Source: an uncultured Gammaproteobacteria bacterium (lineage in GTDB: Bacteria; Pseudomonadota; Gammaproteobacteria; UBA6002). From it: DNA of 64,000 bases. The DNA lies in contig CAVPKM010000007.1 of the NCBI GenBank assembly GCA_963705725.1, forward strand, positions 93,568 through 157,567. The letters run 5' to 3'. The notes beneath the pieces are model-generated. The model was given only the letters and a program-made list of their open reading frames with translations, was not told where the DNA came from and did not search any database. Made by a program: the position numbers and the translations under genes. Shown here one piece after another: positions 1-9,903 of the stretch. Each line of letters opens with the position of its first letter. The stretch's first letter is position 1.

Positions 1-7
1 GGATTCG

Positions 8-3000
8 TTGCCTGTGCCAATTAAGCGAGATAACGGCGATCAAACGGAGTTAACCTACCTGGATTCTCGCGGTCGTGTAATTTATGCACAAGATGCAGCC
101 GGTGAGGTTGAGGGCTTTACCTATAATGCGATGGCGAAGGTTGCCCTGCAGTGCTGGCGCTTGACGAACACGGTCAATGGAGTGGTGGTGCACTTGGATG
201 CCAAACGCTTTCATTATGATGCGATAAATCACGTGATCCGTCTTTTTTTGCTTCGTGATAATCAAGCAATACAAATGACCGCTTACCAATGGAATCTTTT
301 TGGCAACTGCATAGCAGAAGGACCGGGTAACCCTAGCTGCCCCCTCATTCGCCGCTTTGATGGTCTGAATCACCCTTGGTTTGATAATGAAGGCGGCCTC
401 GACAAAATCACGCTCAGAAATTTATCAGGGGAAGTGACCGTGCGGTTAACCTCACCGACCAAAGATTTAAGACAGGTGACTTATGATGCGTTGCCCACTG
501 TCCTCACTTGGACCCACTTAGACTTACTGCGAGAAGAAACCGTTCGCGATCGATTGGGACGCAAGATTTTGAGCACGAAGCCAGCTTATAGCCGGCCCGA
601 TACCCGCCATCCCATTGATATTCCCTTAAGTCTTGCTGTGGGCAAACAGTATCCAGCATTCGGCGAGGTGAGCTTAAGTTGGATTGTCCCACAAGAAAAG
701 ACGGTGGTGCTAGAGTGTTTCCTCTGGCCTTTTGGCCATCCTGAACAAAAGCAAGCCTTGCCTATTCAGACAATAAATGGGCGTTGTGGCTTGGGGGTTT
801 CACACTTATTGGATCGTTATCGGTATCAAATTAATTATTATTTTATCAATCCCCTCACCAAACAGCTTGAGGCAACCCCGATGTTTCAAACAGAAGGGGA
901 AGTGCAGATTGTGGGGAATTCGCTCAATCCATGTTTCAACCTCCTGGTCACCGTCGAAAAGGAAAATCAGCTGATATTATCGGGGAATACAGAAGGGATA
1001 GAATCGATCTCGCTCTGGCAGGATAATCAAGAAATTGCAAAGATCCCCGTGCAAGTTCAGCAAGATAAGCGGTGGGTTAATTTAAGTGCTTACCCTTCCG
1101 GTTGTTATACCTTACTCCCTTTAAAAAAGGACAATGTCGCCTTACCTGAAAGCTTGCCCTTTACTATTTATACGACAACACCGTCAAAGGTGCCGCTTGC
1201 AAAAGAAATTCAAGCAAGTTTTAGCTTATCGTTTTTAGCGCAAAATGGGTACCATGGGCAGCTAGGTTGGCAAGTATCTGATTATGCAGCAAGCCCGATC
1301 GTGATGACCTGTCATTACTTAGATCAAGAAGATCAAAGGCGCATTCATGAAGACACGATTTTTCCGGGTACAGATAAAGGCCAGTATACCGACAGCCGAG
1401 GAAACACCTTAATTTGCAATACGGAATTTGCCTATCCTGTTCAGGCAGTGTTGGCTCTTTCTTTATCGATTCAATTGGATGAAGACGATTTAGTGCCAAT
1501 TGCGGCTTATGCCCAACCGAGCGCCGCAGCAGGGGATGGCACAAATGTCATTCTAGCCAGTTATTTTCCCGGAACCACGGTTCTTTATATTGCGCCGCTA
1601 AGCGGGTTTGATCGGCTGCCCACGTTATCGTATTTGGATAGGACATTGGATCGCTTAGCCGATTGGAAGCCCTTGCCGGCGATGGGGATGACGCGAAGCG
1701 GTATTATTGTGGACGTGTCCGATTTCTTGCCTTGTGTGTATCCGTTTAAATTAGCAGATTCCCTTAGCTTTCTGCCGGATTTTGGGCAGGGAGCGGCCTA
1801 TTTCGCCAACCTGCCCGATAATTCGACTTCGCTTACTTTAACAGAAGTCATTCCCTTCGCACTCCCTTATCGAGAAGAAAATTTTCGGTTGTTTTTTACC
1901 GATCGGACATCGGTCGTTGATGTATTAATGCAGCATCAAACAAATGAGACGATAAGAAAGCAGTTAGCTCCCGAAATCTTAGAAGCCTTAATTCAGGCAT
2001 CCTTTACTCTGGGGAAAGCAGCAGAGCTTAATCTGAAAAATCCCTCGCTTGAATTTTGCGCTAAGCAGGAAGTCTTTGAACGTTACCTGCATTTCTTAAA
2101 GGAAAAAGGCGAACTGGGTTGGATCGCGGCGTTGATTTATGCCAAATCGCAAGACATGAGCGTTTATTTTTGGGAAAAATCGCTGGATAAGCCAGGATCA
2201 CTTCACTTAGTTGGGTTTCATGACGCAGGTCAACTGGCGAAAAAAACCTTATATTTTATGGTCTCAGGCTATACCCAATTTCATGTATTCTTACCAGAAG
2301 GAATAGGTTTAGCAGACCGCTATTCCCTCAATCCCACTTATTCTTTTACGGTATCCAAGGGCAGTCAACTTTATCCCAGTAGTCCTTTGCCGGCACCTGA
2401 ACCTATTCATGTGTTGCCGAGTCAGCATTTTGATTATGATCATTGGCACAACCTCACCCAGTTTGTCGATACGCTGGGTCATCCTATTGATTATACCCAT
2501 AACCATCTCAATCAGCGCCTCACACAACGTGATCCCGAAGTGTACATTGTTGAGCCAACCGGACAGCTTACCTTAGGTCGCCCACTGACGTTATGGGGTT
2601 ATAACGAGCGAGGCTTTAAAGTGGGGATGACCAATCCCAATGGCGATACTCAAGCCTTCCTTTGTAATGCCGGTAGCGAGGAAATCTATTGGATACTTGA
2701 AAATGGCGGCGTTGGCCGCAGGCAACAGTTTAACGCCTTAGGGCAGCGCGACAGTCACTGGGATGAGAAAAATCATCGCTGGCAGTATGAACATAATCCC
2801 CATAATCGTGTGACAAAAATTATTTATCCTTCAGGAAAATTCCAGGAGTTTGCCTATAACGAATGCAATTGGCGTTGTTTAGACACAGATTTTGACGGCA
2901 CAACAACGGGTTACAACCAGGATTTGCTGGGCAATGTCACCGATCGGCGGGAGCCTTCTAGCTATGTGACAAGCATGAATTATGATCGAAACGGCGAATT

Positions 3001-6000
3001 ATTAGGGGTGCAGAATCCCGATGGCAGTCAGCTCAGGTGGGTGCGCAATTACTTTGGTCGTGTGGATCGAGAGTTTGATTTAGCAGGTGTCCAAACGGTG
3101 CATATTTATAATTTAGCCAATCAAGAGATTAGAAGATATTCAGATAGCAGGCGATTAAACCACCGCGCCTCCGTGCTGGCTTTCCCTGATCCCACGCTCC
3201 CCACTCTCCTCAACTATGATATTGTGCTGTCAAAGGTTTATACTCAAGACCTTCACTTCCAGTACCTGGGTGGCCAGTTGATGCAGGTGTATGACAGAAG
3301 CCTGCAAACGCTCACGAAGTATACGCGCGATACCGAAGGGCAGGAGCAATCGGTTTGGCTTTATAACCAAGGCAGTCTCGTCAGGCAAGTCACGACTATT
3401 CTGGATGGGATGAGGCGTGAAGCTTGGACAGCTGATTCTGACTTAGTGGTCGCCACGCGCTATGACGCCGCTAGTAATCGCCGGCACATTACCACAACAG
3501 GCATTAACAGCCTTCCCCCACAAGACCTATGGTATTTTTACGATGCAACCGGTCATGTGATCTATGACGGCGCAACCGGCCTACAATTAGTTTATGAAGC
3601 CGGATTTCGGACACGAGAAATCAACGGAAAGGGGCTGTTTCGAACGCTTAATTATAATGCCGATGGCATTTTTAACCGAGCCATTTACCACCAACTTGGC
3701 CGAGTGTCTGTGACGACTGATCGCTACTATCAAGTGAATGGCTTGTTAACGCGTTATACCGAAGCAGATGCTCGAGGTATTTACTACGATCACCACATCG
3801 CCACTTACCCCGGCAGTCACTGGCAGTATAGTGACCTGCAAGTGCTAGATGGCAAACTGCAAAGCTATACGATGTATGGCGGATTCACTCCAATTGGCTT
3901 GCCCACCACTCAGCGTACGGACTATGAGTCGATGCGCGATGAGATGGCCAATTATTATATTGCCTATCGAGACATTAAGCTTGCCGCCGTCACCGGGGAT
4001 CGCTATACCAGGCAGGGGAAGAAGAATAAACTTCAGATTGCTCATCGCTACTTTACGCCAAATGGCACGATCACGTGTGATGAGGGGATAGCAAATGAGG
4101 ATGATCCTAATCATACGCTCACGCGGGTCTATACGAGCACGCAGGATGGCAAGATCCTGATAAGAAATGATTACCAGCCGGTAGAATTTACCCGTCATGG
4201 AGAAAAAATCTCTATTATGCAATGGGTGTCAAGTTCTCGGAATTTTTTTAATGCGAGCGGCGAGATGATCGCGAGCCTCATTAACGACATTACCAACCCG
4301 AATGCAGCAGTCATGGATCACTATTTTGCCCACTGCGAGAATCGCTTTAAGAGTGTTTTCCGCCACCCCAACCGCCTGAGCAGTGATTTAGCCGATGGCG
4401 CATCAGAGAGAAGGGCATTTGAAAAAGCCGCTAGAGCCCCACATCTTTTATTGCCCGATTTTGCGATGACCTATCCGGCGGCGGTGCCACAAAAATACAC
4501 TGTCTCACCCGGGGATCATTTTAAGCAGATTGCACAAAAGTTTTATGGAGATGAAGGCTTTGCTGGCGTGGTGGCACAAATGAATGGCTATGCGTTAACC
4601 GATCCTTTAGTGGTGGGACAAATTTTAATTCTGCCGCAGTACTTACCAAGTACCAATCATGCAGGAAATGTGACTCCCTACGAGCAATTTATGCAGATCA
4701 TGATCGGCAGGCTATCCCCCCATCTTAACTTAACGCTATCGCACCATCATGGATTCGTGGAAGTGGTACATGGGATAGTCGAGAGTGTGGCCTTGATTGC
4801 AGGGGTAGTGATCTCTGCCTTCGTGCCAGTTTTTGCCCCGCTGACGGTAGCAGTCTTCAGTGCGTTAGTAGAAGCAGCCTATCAGGGCGTAGCGGTAGCC
4901 ACACACTTACAGGCACAGTTTAGTTTAGCGCAAGTGATCACAGTGGGATTAGAGGCAGGGATAAGCGCGGGCATATTAGGGGCCGGTCAAGCAGGATTAA
5001 GCACTTGGATGCAAAACCTTGCCAGTCAATCGCTACAAACGGTAATTAAACAAACAGCTCAAATTGGAGTCATGAATCAATTCACCGAAATGATGACAGG
5101 CCTTCGCCACCAGTTTGATTTTGGCGCAGTAGTGGGAGAAGTGGTGAGCACGGCCATGTTGCATCAAGTTAGCCCACAAGCCCAGGCGATATTTAAGGAA
5201 TCGCCTTTTGTGGGTAACATTGTACAAAATGAAGCACGAAGCTTGGTGGGGAACGGCATCCGTGCGGTGATTGATCGCCAAGAGTCAGGGCTAGATCTGA
5301 AGCAGATTACCCTGAATGCATTAGGGACAACGCTGAGTCAGGCGATTAACACGAAGTTAGAGCAAGAAGCGTTAATGGCAGAATATGAGCGAGCCAGGCA
5401 GGAAAGCCTCGCGGCCTCCAGAAATGCGAGGCTTCATTCTCACGCTAACACAATTGATCAATCACGAAACCAGGCTAGTGGAAATAACCATAGCTTTTTT
5501 GCGAGTAATAACAATAATAGGAAAAAAGCAGCCGGCGCCCCGCAGCCGCACTTTTTTACTTCAACCCAAACGACAAAAACAGAACAAGCCAATGCTAAAA
5601 AAACGAATTGGTTGTTCGATAGGTTTGATCAACTCCAAGAAGCAAAAAACACCTCATCATCATTTAGTCATTCCATGACGCCCCTAAATGAAATCCTGGA
5701 GCACAATCCAAATCTTAAGATTGTTGCTCGCGGGCCAGCGGGTGTTGAGTTGTATGATAGAAAAAGTGGTGAGTATTTTACCTATAATATGGCTCGGGGC
5801 ATTCACCAAACTGAGAGAGGAGTTGACCCTGTTTATCCTGAAACACCATTTATGCGTGGCCCGTATGGCTTATTATTTGCTCTTCAGAAAATAGTGCAGA
5901 TTGAGAATTGTAGTATAAATGAATCATTTCAGGAAAAGAGTTTAGAAAATTCAGAATTGCGAGCAAGAGTTCTTAGCAATATTGCTGAAAGTAAAGTTGC

Positions 6001-6433
6001 AAATTTGGCATCCAATTTTAAAATATTAACTGCGAAAGAGAATCAATACAGGAATAGCTATAATCCAGATACTTGGAATATGGCTAATCTAAAGGAAGGT
6101 GATATTATTTTTGGTGGGTTACCTGGGCGTTCGTCCTATTATACTAATTTTCAGACTATATTAACTTCCCTAGGAAATAAAACAGATTTAGGTAAAATTT
6201 TGCAAGTAAAACCTCATAGTAAATTTGGTTATAGGCCTTACATAGGTCAATATGAAGTGCTTCATGATATCCGGATTCCGGCAGGTACCGCAATTAATAA
6301 TCCTGAGCTTGGCGAAGGAATGGGATATCAGTTCTTTATAAATAATAATTTAAGCAATCTTCGTTTAGTAAATCAATTTGATTTAGGAGAATTTTATGAG
6401 CAATCCATGTCAGCACATAAGCTTAGCTATTAA
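8..6433 (+). CDS. Giant YD/RHS-repeat polymorphic toxin with LysM domain (~4490-4636), hydrophobic helices (~4760-4990) and C-terminal toxin domain; 5'-truncated by window edge
   Basis: Many YD-type repeats (YLDSRGRV, YDHWHNLTQFVDTLGHPIDYTHN, YDRNGELLGVQNPDG). LysM motif YTVSPGDHFKQIAQKFYGD..VAQMNG..LVVGQILILP. AT-rich 3' tip followed by a small overlapping ORF. Frame is open to the window start. Confidence 0.9.
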   Translation: MPVPIKRDNGDQTELTYLDSRGRVIYAQDAAGEVEGFTYNAMAKVALQCWRLTNTVNGVVVHLDAKRFHYDAINHVIRLFLLRDNQAIQMTAYQWNLFGNCIAEGPGNPSCPLIRRFDGLNHPWFDNEGGLDKITLRNLSGEVTVRLTSPTKDLRQVTYDALPTVLTWTHLDLLREETVRDRLGRKILSTKPAYSRPDTRHPIDIPLSLAVGKQYPAFGEVSLSWIVPQEKTVVLECFLWPFGHPEQKQALPIQTINGRCGLGVSHLLDRYRYQINYYFINPLTKQLEATPMFQTEGEVQIVGNSLNPCFNLLVTVEKENQLILSGNTEGIESISLWQDNQEIAKIPVQVQQDKRWVNLSAYPSGCYTLLPLKKDNVALPESLPFTIYTTTPSKVPLAKEIQASFSLSFLAQNGYHGQLGWQVSDYAASPIVMTCHYLDQEDQRRIHEDTIFPGTDKGQYTDSRGNTLICNTEFAYPVQAVLALSLSIQLDEDDLVPIAAYAQPSAAAGDGTNVILASYFPGTTVLYIAPLSGFDRLPTLSYLDRTLDRLADWKPLPAMGMTRSGIIVDVSDFLPCVYPFKLADSLSFLPDFGQGAAYFANLPDNSTSLTLTEVIPFALPYREENFRLFFTDRTSVVDVLMQHQTNETIRKQLAPEILEALIQASFTLGKAAELNLKNPSLEFCAKQEVFERYLHFLKEKGELGWIAALIYAKSQDMSVYFWEKSLDKPGSLHLVGFHDAGQLAKKTLYFMVSGYTQFHVFLPEGIGLADRYSLNPTYSFTVSKGSQLYPSSPLPAPEPIHVLPSQHFDYDHWHNLTQFVDTLGHPIDYTHNHLNQRLTQRDPEVYIVEPTGQLTLGRPLTLWGYNERGFKVGMTNPNGDTQAFLCNAGSEEIYWILENGGVGRRQQFNALGQRDSHWDEKNHRWQYEHNPHNRVTKIIYPSGKFQEFAYNECNWRCLDTDFDGTTTGYNQDLLGNVTDRREPSSYVTSMNYDRNGELLGVQNPDGSQLRWVRNYFGRVDREFDLAGVQTVHIYNLANQEIRRYSDSRRLNHRASVLAFPDPTLPTLLNYDIVLSKVYTQDLHFQYLGGQLMQVYDRSLQTLTKYTRDTEGQEQSVWLYNQGSLVRQVTTILDGMRREAWTADSDLVVATRYDAASNRRHITTTGINSLPPQDLWYFYDATGHVIYDGATGLQLVYEAGFRTREINGKGLFRTLNYNADGIFNRAIYHQLGRVSVTTDRYYQVNGLLTRYTEADARGIYYDHHIATYPGSHWQYSDLQVLDGKLQSYTMYGGFTPIGLPTTQRTDYESMRDEMANYYIAYRDIKLAAVTGDRYTRQGKKNKLQIAHRYFTPNGTITCDEGIANEDDPNHTLTRVYTSTQDGKILIRNDYQPVEFTRHGEKISIMQWVSSSRNFFNASGEMIASLINDITNPNAAVMDHYFAHCENRFKSVFRHPNRLSSDLADGASERRAFEKAARAPHLLLPDFAMTYPAAVPQKYTVSPGDHFKQIAQKFYGDEGFAGVVAQMNGYALTDPLVVGQILILPQYLPSTNHAGNVTPYEQFMQIMIGRLSPHLNLTLSHHHGFVEVVHGIVESVALIAGVVISAFVPVFAPLTVAVFSALVEAAYQGVAVATHLQAQFSLAQVITVGLEAGISAGILGAGQAGLSTWMQNLASQSLQTVIKQTAQIGVMNQFTEMMTGLRHQFDFGAVVGEVVSTAMLHQVSPQAQAIFKESPFVGNIVQNEARSLVGNGIRAVIDRQESGLDLKQITLNALGTTLSQAINTKLEQEALMAEYERARQESLAASRNARLHSHANTIDQSRNQASGNNHSFFASNNNNRKKAAGAPQPHFFTSTQTTKTEQANAKKTNWLFDRFDQLQEAKNTSSSFSHSMTPLNEILEHNPNLKIVARGPAGVELYDRKSGEYFTYNMARGIHQTERGVDPVYPETPFMRGPYGLLFALQKIVQIENCSINESFQEKSLENSELRARVLSNIAESKVANLASNFKILTAKENQYRNSYNPDTWNMANLKEGDIIFGGLPGRSSYYTNFQTILTSLGNKTDLGKILQVKPHSKFGYRPYIGQYEVLHDIRIPAGTAINNPELGEGMGYQFFINNNLSNLRLVNQFDLGEFYEQSMSAHKLSY
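4237..5745 (+). repeat. Copy 1 of ~1.5 kb near-identical direct repeat (LysM + TM + linker)
   Basis: Matches 6827-8334 except about a dozen substitutions and one 1-nt indel, by direct comparison. Confidence 0.97.
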
Positions 6434-6662
6434 AATTTGTAAGCTATCAGGTAATACAATAAAAGAAATTTCACAAGGCTGGACAAATGCAAAAAAGGTA
6501 TTTCATTTTACTTATTCAATTAGCTTTGAACTAAAAAATAGGATCAAGACAAAAATACCTACCTTAGAATATTGGACGGAAGAAGACAATCACTACGAAT
6601 ACACAGAAGGTTTTTTTTGTAACGAATGTAAGGAAGGAATCTCATTCCCTTTAAAAGGGTGA
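6396..6662 (+). CDS. Cognate immunity protein of primary toxin, putative Zn-binding (CxH...CxxC)
   Basis: 88 aa, overlaps the toxin stop, AT-rich; PCQH near the N-terminus and FFCNECKEGISFP at the C-terminus. Confidence 0.7.
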   Translation: MSNPCQHISLAIKICKLSGNTIKEISQGWTNAKKVFHFTYSISFELKNRIKTKIPTLEYWTEEDNHYEYTEGFFCNECKEGISFPLKG

Positions 6663-6826
6663 TTTTTTAATTCAATCCGGTCTTGTTACTTTAGAGGTGA
6701 AGGCATAAATTTCTGTGAAAACCTTACTAAACAAGAGGCCTTCATTTATTAGAAGCAATTTAATTTAAATAGTGAAAATCAGGTTAAGGTAAGCGGAAAA
6801 AATTGATACAATCAATCAATTTGTAA

Positions 6827-8334
6827 TCGGAATTTTTTTAATGCGAGCGGCGAGATGATCGCGAGCCTCATTAACGACATTACCAACCCGAATGCAGCAG
6901 TCATGGATCACTATTTTGCCCACTGCGAGAATCGCTTTAAGAGTGTTTTCCGCCACCCCAACCGCCTGAGCAGTGATTTAGCCGATGGCGCATCAGAGAG
7001 AAGGGCATTTGAAAAAGCCGCTAGAGCCCCACATCTTTTATTGCCCGATTTTGCGATGACCTATCCGGCGGCGGTGCCACAAAAATACACTGTCTCACCC
7101 GGGGATCATTTTAAGCAGATTGCACAAAAGTTTTATGGAGATGAAGGCTTTGCTGGCGTGGTGGCACAAATGAATGGCTATGCGTTAACCGATCCTTTAG
7201 TGGTGGGACAAATTTTAATTCTGCCGCAGTACTTACCAAGTACCAATCATGCAGGAAATGTGACGCCCTACGAGCAATTTATGCAGATCATGATCGGCAG
7301 GCTATCCCCCCATCTTAACTTAACGCTATCGCACCATCATGGATTCGTGGAAGTGGTACATGGGATAGTCGAGAGTGTGGCCTTGATTGCAGGGGTAGTG
7401 ATCTCTGCCTTCGTGCCAGTTTTTGCCCCGCTGACGGTAGCAGTCTTCAGTGCGTTAGTAGAAGCAGCCTATCAGGGCGTAGCGGTAGCCACACACTTAC
7501 AGGCACAGTTTAGTTTAGCGCAAGTGATCACAGTGGGATTAGAGGCAGGGATAAGCGCGGGCATATTAGGGGCCGGTCAAGCAGGATTAAGCACTTGGAT
7601 GCAAAACCTTGCCAGTCAATCGCTACAAACGGTAATTAAACAAACAGCTCAAATTGGAGTCATGAATCAATTCACCGAAATGATGACAGGCCTTCGCCAC
7701 CAGTTTGATTTTGGCGCAGTAGTGGGAGAAGTGGTGAGCACGGCCATGTTGCATCAAGTTAGCCCACAAGCCCAGGCGATATTTAAGGAATCGCCTTTTG
7801 TGGGTAACGTTGTACAAAATGAAGCACGAAGCTTGGTGGGGAACGGCATCCGTGCGGTGATTGATCGCCAAGAGTCAGGGCTAGATCTGAAGCAGATTAC
7901 CCTGACTGCATTAGGGACAACGCTGAGTCAGGCGATTAACACGAAGTTAGAGCAAGAAGCATTAATGGCAGAATATGAGCGAGTCAGGCAGGAAAGCCTC
8001 GCGGCCTCCAGAAATGCGAGGCTTCATTCTCACGCAACACAATTGATCAATCACGAAACCAAGCTAGCGGAAATAACCATAGCTTTTTTGCGAGTAATAA
8101 CAATAATAGGAATAAAGCCGCCGGCGCTTCGCAGCCGCACTTTTTTACTTCAACCCAAACGACAAAAACAGAACAAGCCAATGCTAAAAAAACGAATTGG
8201 TTGTTCGATAGGTTTGATCAGCTCCAAGAAGCAAAAAACACCTCATCATCATTTAGTCATTCCATGACGCCCCTAAATGAAATCCTGGAGCACAATCCAA
8301 ATCTTAAGATTGTTGCTCGCGGGCCAGCGGGTGT
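6827..8334 (+). repeat. Copy 2 of ~1.5 kb direct repeat
   Basis: Matches 4237-5745; the T at 5446 is missing after 8035. Confidence 0.97.
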
Positions 8335-8998
8335 AGAATTATATGATAAAGCAAGCGGCCAATATTTTACTTATGATATTGCTCGAGGCATTCACCAAAC
8401 TGAAAGAGGAATTGAACCTGCTTATCCTGATAAATTGGTAATGCGTAAATCCTATGCAGTTATAAAACTTCTTGAGAGAGTAATTCAGCTTGAAAGAGGT
8501 GGCACATTTGAGCCATTTGGCGCAAAGAGCCTAAAAAATTTAGCATTACGATCGCATGTGCTTGCTAATATATCAGAGAGTCAGGTTGCACGAGCTGGTA
8601 GCTTTTTTAAGATTCATTCCTATGTTGAACAAGCTTTATTTAAATTAGATGTGAATACTGAATTAGATTCAGCAACTTTTTGGTCTGGTAAAGATAATCA
8701 GCAACGTGCTACTAGCTTTGCGACAAATATGCATAAAAAAACATTAGAGATGACGACAGGAGGAGAATATTTGGATTCTCTAGATTTGTTTAAGAAATCT
8801 GCTTATGAGCAAGCAGTAAAACCTTGGGATGCTTTATCAAAAAGATTTGCAGAAAATGCTTCTGGTGATGTTTATGCATTTGTGGAGGGAACGCGTCCTA
8901 CAAGTGTATTTAACCGAATAGAATATCTAATCTTAATTGAGAATCCTAAAGTAAATGAAATAGTTCATTCATCAAATGGCATTATATTCAGACCTTAG
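6855..8998 (+). pseudogene. Orphan LysM-TM-toxin module with ADP-ribosyl cyclase (Tox-ARC)-like C-terminus, frameshifted at ~8035 (ORFs 6855-8267 and 8201-8998)
   Basis: cacgctaacac (copy 1) versus cacgcaacac (copy 2). Tip motifs FWSG, TLEMTTGGEYLD, WDALSKRFAENASGDV and SVFNRIE resemble the CD38/ARC core. Confidence 0.8.
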
Positions 8999-9015
8999 TG
9001 TTAATGGAGAACAGA

Positions 9016-9297
9016 ATGTTGAAAAAAATAAATGAAGGTGGTGTTGTTAGTGATAGTGGTTATTCCATACAAATAACTGGTCCAGAAGAGCTTGAGTACA
9101 AATATAAAGATAATATTTTAAAAATTGATATTGGTTACGATCCTAAAAAAAGAACAGTTTTCATTTATGCTAGTGATATAACTCGCTGGGATCGTTCAAG
9201 GAACCACGCTAATGTTTCTAGGGCAGAAAAAGAAAATATAATCGAAAATATAAAAAAAGCGATAAAATTATTACCTGGGAAATTTGAGATTGCTTAA
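9016..9297 (+). CDS. Imm74-like immunity protein (cognate of ARC toxin)
   Basis: Directly after the ARC tip; GGAG RBS at 9006-9009; ends IYASDITRWD...EKENIIENIKKAI, typical of Imm74. Alternative GTG start at 8998. Confidence 0.7.
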   Translation: MLKKINEGGVVSDSGYSIQITGPEELEYKYKDNILKIDIGYDPKKRTVFIYASDITRWDRSRNHANVSRAEKENIIENIKKAIKLLPGKFEIA

Positions 9298-9576
9298 AAG
9301 TTTCTGGTATCCCAATTCGCCCTTTAGCTGTTTTGTTATGCACATTGTTGATAAGATTAAATTTAAATGGTACATTGTGCCTAAAAATTCGCTTGGTAAT
9401 TAATCTGACGGTTTATCTCTGTAATCACGCTATTACAAATAAGTCACTGACTAAGATACTTTTTTGATGAGCAACTTCAGGCGGAACTTATGAATCATTG
9501 CACTAAAATAAGACCCATTAAGCCACACACTCTTATCCTTAAAAAAAAGCAGATTACATAAAGATATCAATTCAAT

Positions 9577-9903
9577 ATGAGAGGAATTGATTTTTCAGAT
9601 CCAGTCGAGCTTTTGGTATTTCCTAGAGGTACTGAAGCGATACAATACATATTTCCAGGACAAATAAATCCTGGAAATTATTTTGCTCCGATTGGAACCA
9701 CTGGTAATAAACTTGGTATTTACACATCAGGTCGCTCTCCGATTACATTTTTTGCTACAAAGGACATACAAGTATTGAAATCAACTACGGCAGCAATGAT
9801 TGACAATTACTCTATGGCCCAATATGCATGGGAAATCCAAACAGAGGGTGGTGCAGCCCAATATTTTAATCTTTCCATTGATGGATGGAGGATTAAACAG
9901 TGA
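9577..9903 (+). CDS. Orphan toxin tip, Ntox46/Tse6-like NAD(P)+ glycohydrolase domain
   Basis: MRGIDFSDPV, GNYFAP, LGIYTSGR, VLKSTTAAMIDNYS and GGAAQYF motifs; no delivery domain upstream. Confidence 0.8.
   Translation: MRGIDFSDPVELLVFPRGTEAIQYIFPGQINPGNYFAPIGTTGNKLGIYTSGRSPITFFATKDIQVLKSTTAAMIDNYSMAQYAWEIQTEGGAAQYFNLSIDGWRIKQ

Noticed and set aside
50-5894. Short alternative-frame and antisense ORFs within the YD gene
   Set aside because: Shadow ORFs with no motifs. 5385-5678 only mirrors the frameshifted tail of 6855-8267.
6663-6826. Spacers here and at 9298-9560 and 16590-16820 as further toxin/immunity remnants
   Set aside because: Plausible from context, but I could not recognise any motif to support a call.
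4237-8334. 1.5 kb duplication as a pure assembly artefact
   Set aside because: The copies differ at several sites and lead into different but homologous pre-toxin sequences, as expected for a real orphan module. Read-level confirmation is still desirable.
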